Assembly: GCA_019119635.1 (NCBI GenBank)
Contig: DWWP01000041.1
Span: forward strand, 19,772 to 83,771
DNA from: Candidatus Dietzia intestinipullorum
GTDB lineage: Bacteria; Actinomycetota; Actinomycetes; Mycobacteriales; Mycobacteriaceae
Length of the DNA stretch: 64,000 nucleotides
Direction: 5' to 3'
The notes under the pieces were generated by a model. That model was not told the origin of the DNA. It made no database searches and was given only the letters and a program-made list of their open reading frames with translations. Below are positions 11,827 through 19,820 of the stretch, piece by piece (positions within the stretch are counted from its first letter, which is position 1; every line of letters starts with the position of its first letter). Made by a program: the position numbers and the translations under genes.

Positions 11827-13413
11827 ATGTCTCGCGGAACCCCTGCCCGTGGAGCGGGTTCGGTCACCTCACGATTGCACTCCGAGGAACGGCCCACCGG
11901 GCGGCTCCCGTCGGCCGATCTGGCGCGACTGCGCCGCATCCGCCTGATCGGCACGACCGCCGCGGTCGCCATGGCAGTCGGTGCGCTGGGTGCCGGCGCA
12001 CTGCCTGTGCTGCAGAACCCCATCGCCGGCGAGCGACTCTTCGGACTCTGGCTACGCCTCCAGCCCTCGTCCATGACGGTGGTCATGACCGGGATGGTCG
12101 TCGTGACCTTCTGTTGGCTGCTCCTGGCCCCCTACGTCCTGGGCCGCGACCGGCGCGGCCGGTTGAGCGGCCGTCTCGGCAGGGCCGACCTGGACCGGGT
12201 GATCGCGTCGTGGGCGCTTCCGCTCGCGCTCGCACCACCGATGTTCAGCAAGGACGTCTACAGCTACCTCGCGCAGGGGGCGATCGGCAACGAGCTGGCC
12301 GACCCCTACGCGCTCGGCCCGGTCTCCGCGCTCGGGGCCTCGCACGCGCTCACGGTCAATGTCCCGGACATGTGGCGCGACACCCCCAACCAATACGGAC
12401 CGCTGTTCCTCGGCGTGCAGAAGGTCATCCACTCCCTGACCGGCGACGACGTGGTGGCGGGGACCATCCTGCACCGGATCGTCGCGGTACTCGGGATCCT
12501 CATGCTCGGGTGGGCGGTCCCCCGGCTCGCCGAATACTGCGGGGTCTCCGACGTCGCCGCCCTGTGGCTGGCCGTCGCGAACCCACTCGTGCTGTTCCAC
12601 CTGGTCTCCGGGATCCATTCCGAGTCGCTGATGATGGGTCTCCTCGCCGTCGGACTGGTCCTCGCCCTGCGGGCGATCGACTCCCCCGTCGCCGATCGTC
12701 GCGCCGTCGTGTTGCTGGTGGCGGGCACCGTCCTCGTCACCGGGTCGGCGCTGGTCAAGCTCCCCACGGTCGTGGCTCTGGGCTTTGTCGGCATGGCGCT
12801 CGCGCGACGGTGGGGAGGCGGCGCGCGGGCCACCGTACGGGCGGCGCTCGTGATGACGGCGATCAGCGGCATCACCACGGGCGCGATGATGCTCGCCACC
12901 TCGTCGGGCACCGGATGGGTCACCAAACTCGGTGCGGCGACCACGTTGCGCAGCTGGCTCTCCCCGCCCACGGCTCTGGGGGTGACCGTCGGCGGGATCG
13001 GCCAGTACCTGGGGCTCGGCGACCACACCGAGCAGGTCCTCGCGATGGTGCAGACCGCCGCGCTCCTCGTGGCCGCCGCGTTCACGGTGCGGATGCTGTT
13101 CGCCGTCCAGTCCAGGCGCATCAACCCGGTCGGCGGACTGGGCGTCTCGATGGCCGCCGTCGTCCTATGCTTCCCGGTGGTCCAGCCCTGGTACGTGCTG
13201 TGGGCGCTCATCCCGCTCGCGGCGTGGGCCTCCCGGGTGGAGTTCCGGCTCCCGGTGGTGGCGGTCAGCGCGGTGCTCGCCTGCTTCACGCTCCCGCCGG
13301 GTGCCGGACTCCCGGCGTTCGTCACGGTCCAGGCCTGGGCCGCGACCGTCGTCGCCGCCCTGGTCCTGCTCGTCGTCTTCTACAGATGGCCGGGCCTGTT
13401 GCGGTACCGCTGA
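11827..13413 (+). CDS. mptB: Polyprenol-phosphate-mannose-dependent alpha-(1,6)-mannosyltransferase, MptB-like (GT-C membrane protein)
   Basis: This is a multi-pass membrane protein with FSKDVYSYLAQGAIG near the first loop. It is divergent from sufR, as Rv1459c is in M. tuberculosis. The start was trimmed to ATG 11827 (GGAGAAAGGGTGA upstream). Confidence 0.7.
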   Translation: MSRGTPARGAGSVTSRLHSEERPTGRLPSADLARLRRIRLIGTTAAVAMAVGALGAGALPVLQNPIAGERLFGLWLRLQPSSMTVVMTGMVVVTFCWLLLAPYVLGRDRRGRLSGRLGRADLDRVIASWALPLALAPPMFSKDVYSYLAQGAIGNELADPYALGPVSALGASHALTVNVPDMWRDTPNQYGPLFLGVQKVIHSLTGDDVVAGTILHRIVAVLGILMLGWAVPRLAEYCGVSDVAALWLAVANPLVLFHLVSGIHSESLMMGLLAVGLVLALRAIDSPVADRRAVVLLVAGTVLVTGSALVKLPTVVALGFVGMALARRWGGGARATVRAALVMTAISGITTGAMMLATSSGTGWVTKLGAATTLRSWLSPPTALGVTVGGIGQYLGLGDHTEQVLAMVQTAALLVAAAFTVRMLFAVQSRRINPVGGLGVSMAAVVLCFPVVQPWYVLWALIPLAAWASRVEFRLPVVAVSAVLACFTLPPGAGLPAFVTVQAWAATVVAALVLLVVFYRWPGLLRYR

Positions 13414-13437
13414 CGCACTGGGCTTAGGATCGAGCCC

Positions 13438-14373
13438 GTGACCCACTCCGACGACTCCCCCGCGCTCGTCGTCGAGGGACTGGTCAAGCGGTTCGGCACG
13501 ATGACCGCCGTCGACGGACTGGACCTGCGGCTCGAGCGCGGCCGGGTGATGGCTCTGCTGGGCCCCAACGGGGCGGGCAAGACGACCACTGTCGAGATGT
13601 GTGAGGGATTCCTGGCGCCGGACGACGGCACCGTGCGTGTCCTCGACCTCGACCCCGTACGTCGACGCCGGGACGTCCGGAGCCGGATCGGCATGATGCT
13701 GCAGGGCGGCGGCGCCTACCCGGGCGCGCGGGTCGGCGAGATGATCCGTCTCGTCGCCTCGTACTACGCGGAGCCCCTCGACCCAGACTGGCTGATGGAC
13801 GAACTCGGGCTCACCGACCACGCCCGGACCCCGTACCGCAGGCTGTCCGGTGGTCAGCAACAGCGCCTGTCGCTGGCGATCGCCGTGATCGGCCGGCCGG
13901 AACTGGTCTTCCTGGACGAGCCGACCGCCGGACTCGACGCGCAGTCCCGGTTGGCCGTCTGGGACCTCGTCCGGGCACTGCGCCGCGACGGCGCCGCGGT
14001 ACTGCTGACCACCCACCTCATGGACGAGGCCGCCGCTCTCGCTGACGACGTGGTGATCATCGACAGCGGGAGGCGCGTGGCGTCCGGCACCCCCTCGGAG
14101 CTCGAGAAGGTCGGAGCGTCGGAGGGGGTGACCGTGGTCGTCGACGGCGATGTGTCGCCGGGCCTGCTCGACGGCGCTCTCGGGCCGACCCACACCGTGA
14201 CGGTCGGCCCGTCCCGGGGCGTCCTCGAGGTGCACGGGCCGGTCACGCCCGCTCTCATGACCGCGCTGTGTTCAACGCTCGAGCGGGCCGGGGTCCAGCT
14301 CTCCACGCTGTCCACCCGCACAAGGACCCTCGAAGAGGTCTTTCTCGATCTGACCGGACGGGATCTACGTTGA
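13438..14373 (+). CDS. ABC transporter ATP-binding protein (ABC-2 exporter type)
   Basis: Walker A is GPNGAGKTT, the signature is LSGGQQQRL and Walker B is VFLDEPTAGLD. Confidence 0.92.
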   Translation: MTHSDDSPALVVEGLVKRFGTMTAVDGLDLRLERGRVMALLGPNGAGKTTTVEMCEGFLAPDDGTVRVLDLDPVRRRRDVRSRIGMMLQGGGAYPGARVGEMIRLVASYYAEPLDPDWLMDELGLTDHARTPYRRLSGGQQQRLSLAIAVIGRPELVFLDEPTAGLDAQSRLAVWDLVRALRRDGAAVLLTTHLMDEAAALADDVVIIDSGRRVASGTPSELEKVGASEGVTVVVDGDVSPGLLDGALGPTHTVTVGPSRGVLEVHGPVTPALMTALCSTLERAGVQLSTLSTRTRTLEEVFLDLTGRDLR

Positions 14374-15158
14374 CCGACACCCAGGCATCCAACCGGTTCG
14401 CACCCGGCACCTTCTCCCACCCTTCGGTGCCGGCGGGCCCCGCCCGCATGATCGCTGCGCAGACCCGGATGGAGCTCTCGTTGTTCCTCCGCAACGGTGA
14501 GCAGCTGCTCGTGGCCCTCGTCATCCCCGTGGCCGTGCTCTTCGCGCTGGCCGCCGTGGATCTGGGCGCCGTCCCCGAGCCACGGATCGACTACGCGATC
14601 ACCGCGGTGCTCACCCTGTCCGTCATGGGGACGGCGTTCACCGGGCAGGCCATCGCGGTCGGCTTCGACCGCCGCTACGGCGCGCTCAAGAGACTCGGCG
14701 GGACGCCCCTGCCGTCCTCGGTGATCATCGCGGGGAAGATCGTCGCGACGCTGGTCCTGGTCGCCGGGCAGAGCATCCTGCTCGGAGCGATCGCGGCCGC
14801 CCTGGGCTGGCGGCCGGACCCCGCCGGACTCGGCGTGGCCGTCGTGTTGATCGCACTCGGGAGCATCTCGTTCTCGGCGATGGGGCTGCTGTTGGGCGGG
14901 ACCCTCAAGGCCGAGATCGTCCTCGCGTTGGCCAACCTCATCTGGTTCCTCCTCATCGGCGCGGCGGGCCTGGCGATCGGGGTGGCCGACCTCCCGGCAG
15001 TCGTGCACGACCTCCTCGTCGTCGTACCCTCCTACGCGCTGACCTCCGCCCTCGTCACCGCCGGCGGCGGTGGGTTCCCCGCGCTGGCCACGCTCGTCCT
15101 GCTGGCCTGGACCGCGGTGACCGGCGGCCTCGCGGTGCGGTACTTCTCCTTCACCTGA
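14370..15158 (+). CDS. ABC-2 type transporter permease
   Basis: It has six predicted hydrophobic segments. TTG 14370 overlaps the ATPase stop (TTGA) and gives 262 aa. An alternative ATG lies further downstream (MIAAQ...). Confidence 0.8.
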   Translation: MTDTQASNRFAPGTFSHPSVPAGPARMIAAQTRMELSLFLRNGEQLLVALVIPVAVLFALAAVDLGAVPEPRIDYAITAVLTLSVMGTAFTGQAIAVGFDRRYGALKRLGGTPLPSSVIIAGKIVATLVLVAGQSILLGAIAAALGWRPDPAGLGVAVVLIALGSISFSAMGLLLGGTLKAEIVLALANLIWFLLIGAAGLAIGVADLPAVVHDLLVVVPSYALTSALVTAGGGGFPALATLVLLAWTAVTGGLAVRYFSFT

Positions 15159-15196
15159 CCGCGGGTGTCGGCGGTCACGCCCCTAGAATCGGCGGT

Positions 15197-16126
15197 GTGA
15201 CCACCCCACCGCGCAGCCTTCTGTCCCGACTCCCCGCCCCGTCGATTCGGGTCCAGAAGGGCCTCGCCCTGGCGAACGTCATCGCACAGATCGGCATCAT
15301 GACGACCGGTGTCACCGTGCGGGTCACCGCCTCCGGGCTCGGCTGTGAGACGTGGCCGCGGTGCAACGAGGACAGCCTCGTCCCGGTGCCCGGGGCGGCA
15401 CCCGCACTGCACCAGGCGGTGGAGTTCGGTAACCGATTGCTGACCTTCGTCCTGACCGCCGTGGCGGTGGCGCTCATCCTCGCGGTTCTCCGCGCCGGAC
15501 GCAGACACCAGATCACGCTGCTCGCACTGGCGATGCCCCTGGGGATCGTGGCGCAGGCCGTGATCGGCGGGATCACGGTGCTGACGGGGCTGCTCTGGTG
15601 GACCGTCGCGCTGCATCTGATGCCCTCGATGGTCCTCGCGTGGGTCGCGGCGATCTTGTTCGTCCGCATCGGTGAGGACGATGAGGCGCCCGCGCGCCGG
15701 GTCGTCCCCGCACCCCTCTCCTGGCTCACCGCCCTGTCCGCCGTTCTGCTCGCCGCGGTCGTCGTCAGCGGGACCATGGTCACCGGGGCGGGCCCCCACG
15801 CGGGTGACGCACGCGTCGCGGCGTCGGACCGCCTCCAACTGCCCATCCAGTGGCTCGTGCACTTCCATGCCGAGCTGACGGTCGGTTATGTGTGCCTGCT
15901 CATCGGGCTGGCCCTGGGACTCCTCGCGCTCCGCGCCGAGGGGCCCGCCATCCGGCGCAGCGCGATCGTGATCGGACTGATCGTGGTGCAGGCCGCCGTG
16001 GGGATCACCCAGTACCAGCTGGGCGTGCCCGAACTACTAGTGGTGATCCACGTGACGCTCGCCGGCACCATCACCGCGGTGACCGCCTCGCTGTGGGCGG
16101 CCGGGGTCATCCGACGCAGGGCCTGA
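15197..16126 (+). CDS. ctaA: Heme A synthase (COX15/CtaA family)
   Basis: It is a polytopic membrane protein with the CtaA Cys pair GLGCETWPRC and conserved His-containing helices. It lies near ctaB. Confidence 0.85.
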   Translation: MTTPPRSLLSRLPAPSIRVQKGLALANVIAQIGIMTTGVTVRVTASGLGCETWPRCNEDSLVPVPGAAPALHQAVEFGNRLLTFVLTAVAVALILAVLRAGRRHQITLLALAMPLGIVAQAVIGGITVLTGLLWWTVALHLMPSMVLAWVAAILFVRIGEDDEAPARRVVPAPLSWLTALSAVLLAAVVVSGTMVTGAGPHAGDARVAASDRLQLPIQWLVHFHAELTVGYVCLLIGLALGLLALRAEGPAIRRSAIVIGLIVVQAAVGITQYQLGVPELLVVIHVTLAGTITAVTASLWAAGVIRRRA

Positions 16127-16151
16127 CCCCGGCCCGCACCACCCGGCCCGC

Positions 16152-17516
16152 TCAGACGAGCGCGCCGGGCCCCGCCATGCGCTTCCAGTGATTCTCCGGA
16201 ACATCGACCCTGGAGATCAGCTCACGCGTCCAGTCCGAGCCGGAGAGTCCCTCGACCGACTCGACCAGCGCCTCGGCCTGGGACAGCGTGTCGACCATCT
16301 TGTCGCCCATCGTGCCGTCGGCGCCGACCAGCGTGAGCCGGATGCCACGACGCCCGACGGGCTGGACCACCACATCCGCGGTGCCCCCGTGGCGGGACAG
16401 GAACCTCTCCACGAACTTGACCGCCCGGGCCGGCGGCGTGGGGCCGGCGGGCTGGGGCTCGGCGGCCTCGACCGTCTCGGACGGCGCCTTCTCCGCCGCC
16501 GGGGCCGGCGTCGACTCCTCGGCGGGCGCGGCTGTCCCGGTGACACCGGCGTCGTCGGGCCCGTCCGACTCCTCCGAGGAGCTCGTCGAGGCCGCCGCGG
16601 CTCCCGCGGCAGCGGCGCCGCCACCCAGCGCGACGGCGGCCGCGCCCCCACCGGGGGCCTTGGCCTTGGAGCCGCCACCCAGCGTCAATCCGCCCGATTT
16701 GCCGCCGCCCGGAGCCTTGGGGGCGGACCCCTTCGACTCCGACGGCGCCTGCTCCTGCTTCTCCGGTGCGTTCTCCGCTTCCGCCGACGGTGCCGCGTTC
16801 TCGGACTCGGCCGGCTTCGGGGTACCGCCACCGAGGGAGAGCGAGGCCGCGCCCCCGCCGGGCGCCTTGGCCTTGGAGCCACCGCCCAGCGTCAACCCAC
16901 CGGCCTTGCCGCCGCCCGGGGCCTTGGGAGCGGAGGCTCCGGACCGCGCCGCCGGCGACTGCTCCTCGGTGGCGGGCTGAGGGGCCGATTCGGACGTATC
17001 GCCCGCTCCCCCGTCGGCACTGCTCGCCTCCGGAGCCTCCTCCGTCCGATCCGGTGCATTCGAGGCCGCCGACGCCGCACCCGCCGCAGCCGCAGCGGCG
17101 CCGCCGCCCAGGACGAGCTTGCGGGCGCTGCCCCCGCCCGGGGCCTTGGCCCCGGATCCACCGCCCAGTGTGAGACCGCCCGAGGCGGGCGCGCCCGTGG
17201 CGGGGGGCCCGGCCTCCGTGGCGGGTGCCGTGGTCGCGGTATCGGGGCCGGCCTGCGTCATGTCCTCGACCGAGCCGGTGCCGGCGGTCCCGGGTTCGGA
17301 TGCCGCGGCCTCGTCAGTGGCATCGGCATCCGCGGGGGCACCGGCGTCGGCGGCGGTGCCGGCGTCCGCGGTGGCACCCGTCTCGGTCACGTCGGTCGAC
17401 GTGGTCGCGTCGGCGCTCGCGGGCGCGCTCTCGGACCCGCTCGAGGTCACCACGGGCTGACCGGCCGCCCGAACTCGCGGTCCCCCGGCGTACTGGGAAA
17501 GGATCTGCAGGCTCAT
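16152..17516 (-). CDS. Hypothetical Ala/Gly/Pro-rich repeat protein with a ~90-aa globular C-terminal domain
   Basis: GC3 is high in this frame. Three copies of the motif GGLTLGGGS(K/G)AKAPGGG are present. Two ~86-nt repeat units differ at 11 nt but by only one amino acid, which supports translation in this frame. A TAGGCT -10-like hexamer lies 7 nt upstream of ATG 17516 with no SD, giving a leaderless-type start. The N-terminal boundary is less certain than the C-terminus. Confidence 0.7.
   Translation of the reverse strand: MSLQILSQYAGGPRVRAAGQPVVTSSGSESAPASADATTSTDVTETGATADAGTAADAGAPADADATDEAAASEPGTAGTGSVEDMTQAGPDTATTAPATEAGPPATGAPASGGLTLGGGSGAKAPGGGSARKLVLGGGAAAAAAGAASAASNAPDRTEEAPEASSADGGAGDTSESAPQPATEEQSPAARSGASAPKAPGGGKAGGLTLGGGSKAKAPGGGAASLSLGGGTPKPAESENAAPSAEAENAPEKQEQAPSESKGSAPKAPGGGKSGGLTLGGGSKAKAPGGGAAAVALGGGAAAAGAAAASTSSSEESDGPDDAGVTGTAAPAEESTPAPAAEKAPSETVEAAEPQPAGPTPPARAVKFVERFLSRHGGTADVVVQPVGRRGIRLTLVGADGTMGDKMVDTLSQAEALVESVEGLSGSDWTRELISRVDVPENHWKRMAGPGALV
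16642..16934 (-). repeat. Intragenic direct repeat (two ~86-nt units 207 nt apart; a third diverged unit at about 17127-17180)
   Basis: 16642-16727 versus 16849-16934 match at about 87% nucleotide identity. Both encode SAPKAPGGGK(S/A)GGLTLGGGSKAKAPGGGA. Confidence 0.85.
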
Positions 17517-17609
17517 GGGCCACAGCCTATCGCCTGCCCTACACCAGCTCTCCCGGCGCTCCGGGGAAATGGTCTACACACGTCGGCCCAGACGCGGATA
17601 CTGGGCGGC

Positions 17610-18578
17610 ATGCGTGCAATCCAGATCACTGCCCACGGCGGTCCCGAGGTCCTCACGCCGGTCGACCTCGACATCCCGGAACCCGGGCCCGGCGAGGTCC
17701 TGATCCGCACCGCGGCGATCGGCGTCAACTACATCGACACCTATTTCCGCGAGGGTGTCTACAGCAGTGACCTCCCGTTTGTGCCCGGAAGCGAGGGGGT
17801 GGGCGTCGTGGAGGCCGTCGGTTCGGGCACGCCCGACCTCGTCCCCGGCGACAGGGTGGCCTGGTGCCAGGCGCCGGGCTCCTACGCACAGTACGTGGTC
17901 GCCCCCGCCCCGGCCCTCGTCACCGTGCCGGACGGAGTCAACGACCGTGTGGCCGCCTCGATGCTCCTGCAGGGACTGACCGCGCACTACCTGATCACCG
18001 ACACCCATCACGCGGTCGGGGGCGACACCGTCCTGATCACCGCGGGCGCGGGCGGTGTGGGCCAGCTCCTCATCCAGATGGCCGTCGCCCGCGGCTACCG
18101 GGTCATCACCACCACCTCGACCGAGGAGAAGGCGGCCCGGTGCCGTGAGCTGGGCGCGCACCACGTGTTGTTCTACGCCGAGGCGACCGCCGAGCGGATC
18201 CGGGAGCTCTCCGACGGCGGGGTCGCGGTGGTGTTCGACGGCGTGGGTGCCGACACCTTTGACACCAGCCTGGCCTCGTTGCGGCCCCGCGGGATGCTCG
18301 TGTTGTTCGGCGCCGCGAGCGGACCGGTCCCGGCCGTGGACCCGCAACGGCTCAACTCGGCGGGATCAGTGTTCCTCACCCGTCCCACACTCGCGCACTA
18401 CATCGCGACGACCGAGGAGTACCGTGCTCGCGCGGCCGAGGTGATGGAGGGTCTGCTCGACGGTTCGCTGCGGCTGAGCGTCGGCGCGACATTCGGTTTG
18501 TCCGAGGCGGCCGAGGCGCATCGCTCCCTGCAGTCGCGCCAGACCACGGGGTCGGTCGTCCTCGATCCCACCCGGTGA
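17610..18578 (+). CDS. qor: NADPH:quinone oxidoreductase (zeta-crystallin-like MDR)
   Basis: The start was trimmed from 16188 to ATG 17610. Motifs include MRAIQITAHGGPEVL, GVNYIDTYFREGVY and the nucleotide-binding TAGAGGVG. The product is 322 aa. Confidence 0.9.
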   Translation: MRAIQITAHGGPEVLTPVDLDIPEPGPGEVLIRTAAIGVNYIDTYFREGVYSSDLPFVPGSEGVGVVEAVGSGTPDLVPGDRVAWCQAPGSYAQYVVAPAPALVTVPDGVNDRVAASMLLQGLTAHYLITDTHHAVGGDTVLITAGAGGVGQLLIQMAVARGYRVITTTSTEEKAARCRELGAHHVLFYAEATAERIRELSDGGVAVVFDGVGADTFDTSLASLRPRGMLVLFGAASGPVPAVDPQRLNSAGSVFLTRPTLAHYIATTEEYRARAAEVMEGLLDGSLRLSVGATFGLSEAAEAHRSLQSRQTTGSVVLDPTR

Positions 18579-18579
18579 G

Positions 18580-18601
18580 GCGGGGCAGGTAGTCGCCCCG
18601 C
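18580..18601 (+). terminator. Stem-loop directly after the qor stop (7-bp GC stem, 8-nt loop)
   Basis: The sequence is GCGGGGC-aggtagtc-GCCCCGC, starting 2 nt after the TGA at 18576-18578 in the convergent gap with ctaB. There is no U-tract. Confidence 0.4.
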
Positions 18602-18637
18602 GCCGCTGACCAACCGGCCCGCTGTGGTCGACTCGAC

Positions 18638-19645
18638 TCAGGGGAGCATCTCGGAGATGGTCTGGAGCCCGAGCACGGCGTCCACCGAGAGGGCCACGAA
18701 CACGCCGGCGAGATAGTTGTTCGAGAGCATGAACAGCTTGAGCGGCTTGACCTCGACGCCGCGACGCACGCCGGCCTCGAGCTTGTGGGCCATGACGATG
18801 AACCAGATCCCGAAGCCGGCGGCACCGGCCGCGTAGACCCAGCCCGCCGCCGGGATGAGCGCGAAGGTGCACAGGACGGTCACCCAGGTGTAGATGGTGA
18901 TGCGCCGGGTGACGCCCTCGGGAGACATCACCACCGGCAGCATCGGCACGCCGGCGGCCTGGTAGTCGTCCTTGTAGCGCATCGCCAGTGCCCACGTGTG
19001 CGGCGGGGTCCAGAAGAAGATGATGAGGAACAGGACGATCGCCTGCCACCATCCGGCGGAGGCCATCTCGACGTTGTCGGTGATGACGGCCCATGAGACC
19101 AGGACCGGCATGCAGCCGGCGGCCCCGCCCCAGACCACGTTCTGGGCGGTGCGACGCTTGAGCACCAGCGAGTAGACCAGCACGTAGAAGCAGATGGTCA
19201 GCAGGATGAACAGTGCGGCGAGCCAACTGCCGGCCAGCAGCCCCAGCCACAGCATGCTGCCGACGCCGAGGGTCAGGCCGAACACGAGCGCCGCGCGCGG
19301 GCTCACCGCGTGCCGGGCCAGCGGCCGCCGCTCGGTGCGCTTCATCACCTTGTCGATGTCCGCGTCGACCACCATGTTGAGCGAGTTGGCGCTCGCGGCG
19401 CCCATCCAGCCGCCCACCAGGGTGAGAAAGACCAGTCCCAGGTGGACCGATCCACGATCGGCCTGCAGGAGCGCCGGGATCGCGGCCACGAGAAGCAGTT
19501 CGATCACGCGCGGCTTGGTGAGCGCGACGTAGGCCATCACCACGTCCACCGCCCGGGTGCGCCCACTCGCCTGAGCCGGCCCCCCCGAGGAGTCTGGAGC
19601 GGTGGCGGGATGTCCCTCACTCCGGGTCGTGGTGGAATCGTGCAC
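18638..19645 (-). CDS. ctaB: Protoheme IX farnesyltransferase (heme O synthase)
   Basis: The UbiA-family motifs include [15 protein letters not shown] and the loop [23 protein letters not shown] 19645 has GAGGAG 5 nt upstream. Confidence 0.93.
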   Translation of the reverse strand: MHDSTTTRSEGHPATAPDSSGGPAQASGRTRAVDVVMAYVALTKPRVIELLLVAAIPALLQADRGSVHLGLVFLTLVGGWMGAASANSLNMVVDADIDKVMKRTERRPLARHAVSPRAALVFGLTLGVGSMLWLGLLAGSWLAALFILLTICFYVLVYSLVLKRRTAQNVVWGGAAGCMPVLVSWAVITDNVEMASAGWWQAIVLFLIIFFWTPPHTWALAMRYKDDYQAAGVPMLPVVMSPEGVTRRITIYTWVTVLCTFALIPAAGWVYAAGAAGFGIWFIVMAHKLEAGVRRGVEVKPLKLFMLSNNYLAGVFVALSVDAVLGLQTISEMLP

Positions 19646-19779
19646 CGGTACTCCTCGCAGCAGATGTCAACGCACTACGCAGCCGATACTACGTCCAGGG
19701 CGGGGGTGCGGCGAAAAGGCGGGGGCAGGGACCTGGCCACCCCGCTCCGCGCCGACCATTAGAGTGGGCGAGGACATAC

Positions 19780-19793
19780 GCGCGGATCCGCGC
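19780..19793 (+). promoter_or_regulatory. Perfect 14-bp palindrome in the presumed tkt 5' leader
   Basis: GCGCGGATCCGCGC ends 27 nt upstream of the tkt GTG. A TAGAGT -10-like hexamer lies at 19760-19765. Confidence 0.3.
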
Positions 19794-19820
19794 CGCACCC
19801 TCGACCCGGGAGAACCACCA

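Noticed and set aside
16127-16151. A direct repeat CCGGCCCGC x2 in the 25-bp convergent gap between ctaA and the repeat-protein gene.
   Set aside because: Nine-mers of this composition are expected by chance at about 70% GC. It has no dyad symmetry and therefore no terminator-like structure.
16188-17609. A 474-codon N-terminal extension of qor (ORF-track entry 16188..18578, 796 aa).
   Set aside because: The extension is an RG-rich translation of the opposite strand of the repeat-protein gene. The qor homology begins exactly at ATG 17610 (MRAIQITAHGGPEVL). The synonymous-substitution bias of the repeats supports the minus-strand frame instead.
19646-19680. A perfect TTGACA hexamer on the minus strand just upstream of ctaB.
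   Set aside because: It lies only 23 nt before the GTG and overlaps the SD region, and no -10-like hexamer follows at 16-19 nt. A TAGTAT hexamer further upstream (19691-19686) is a better but still unverified -10 candidate.
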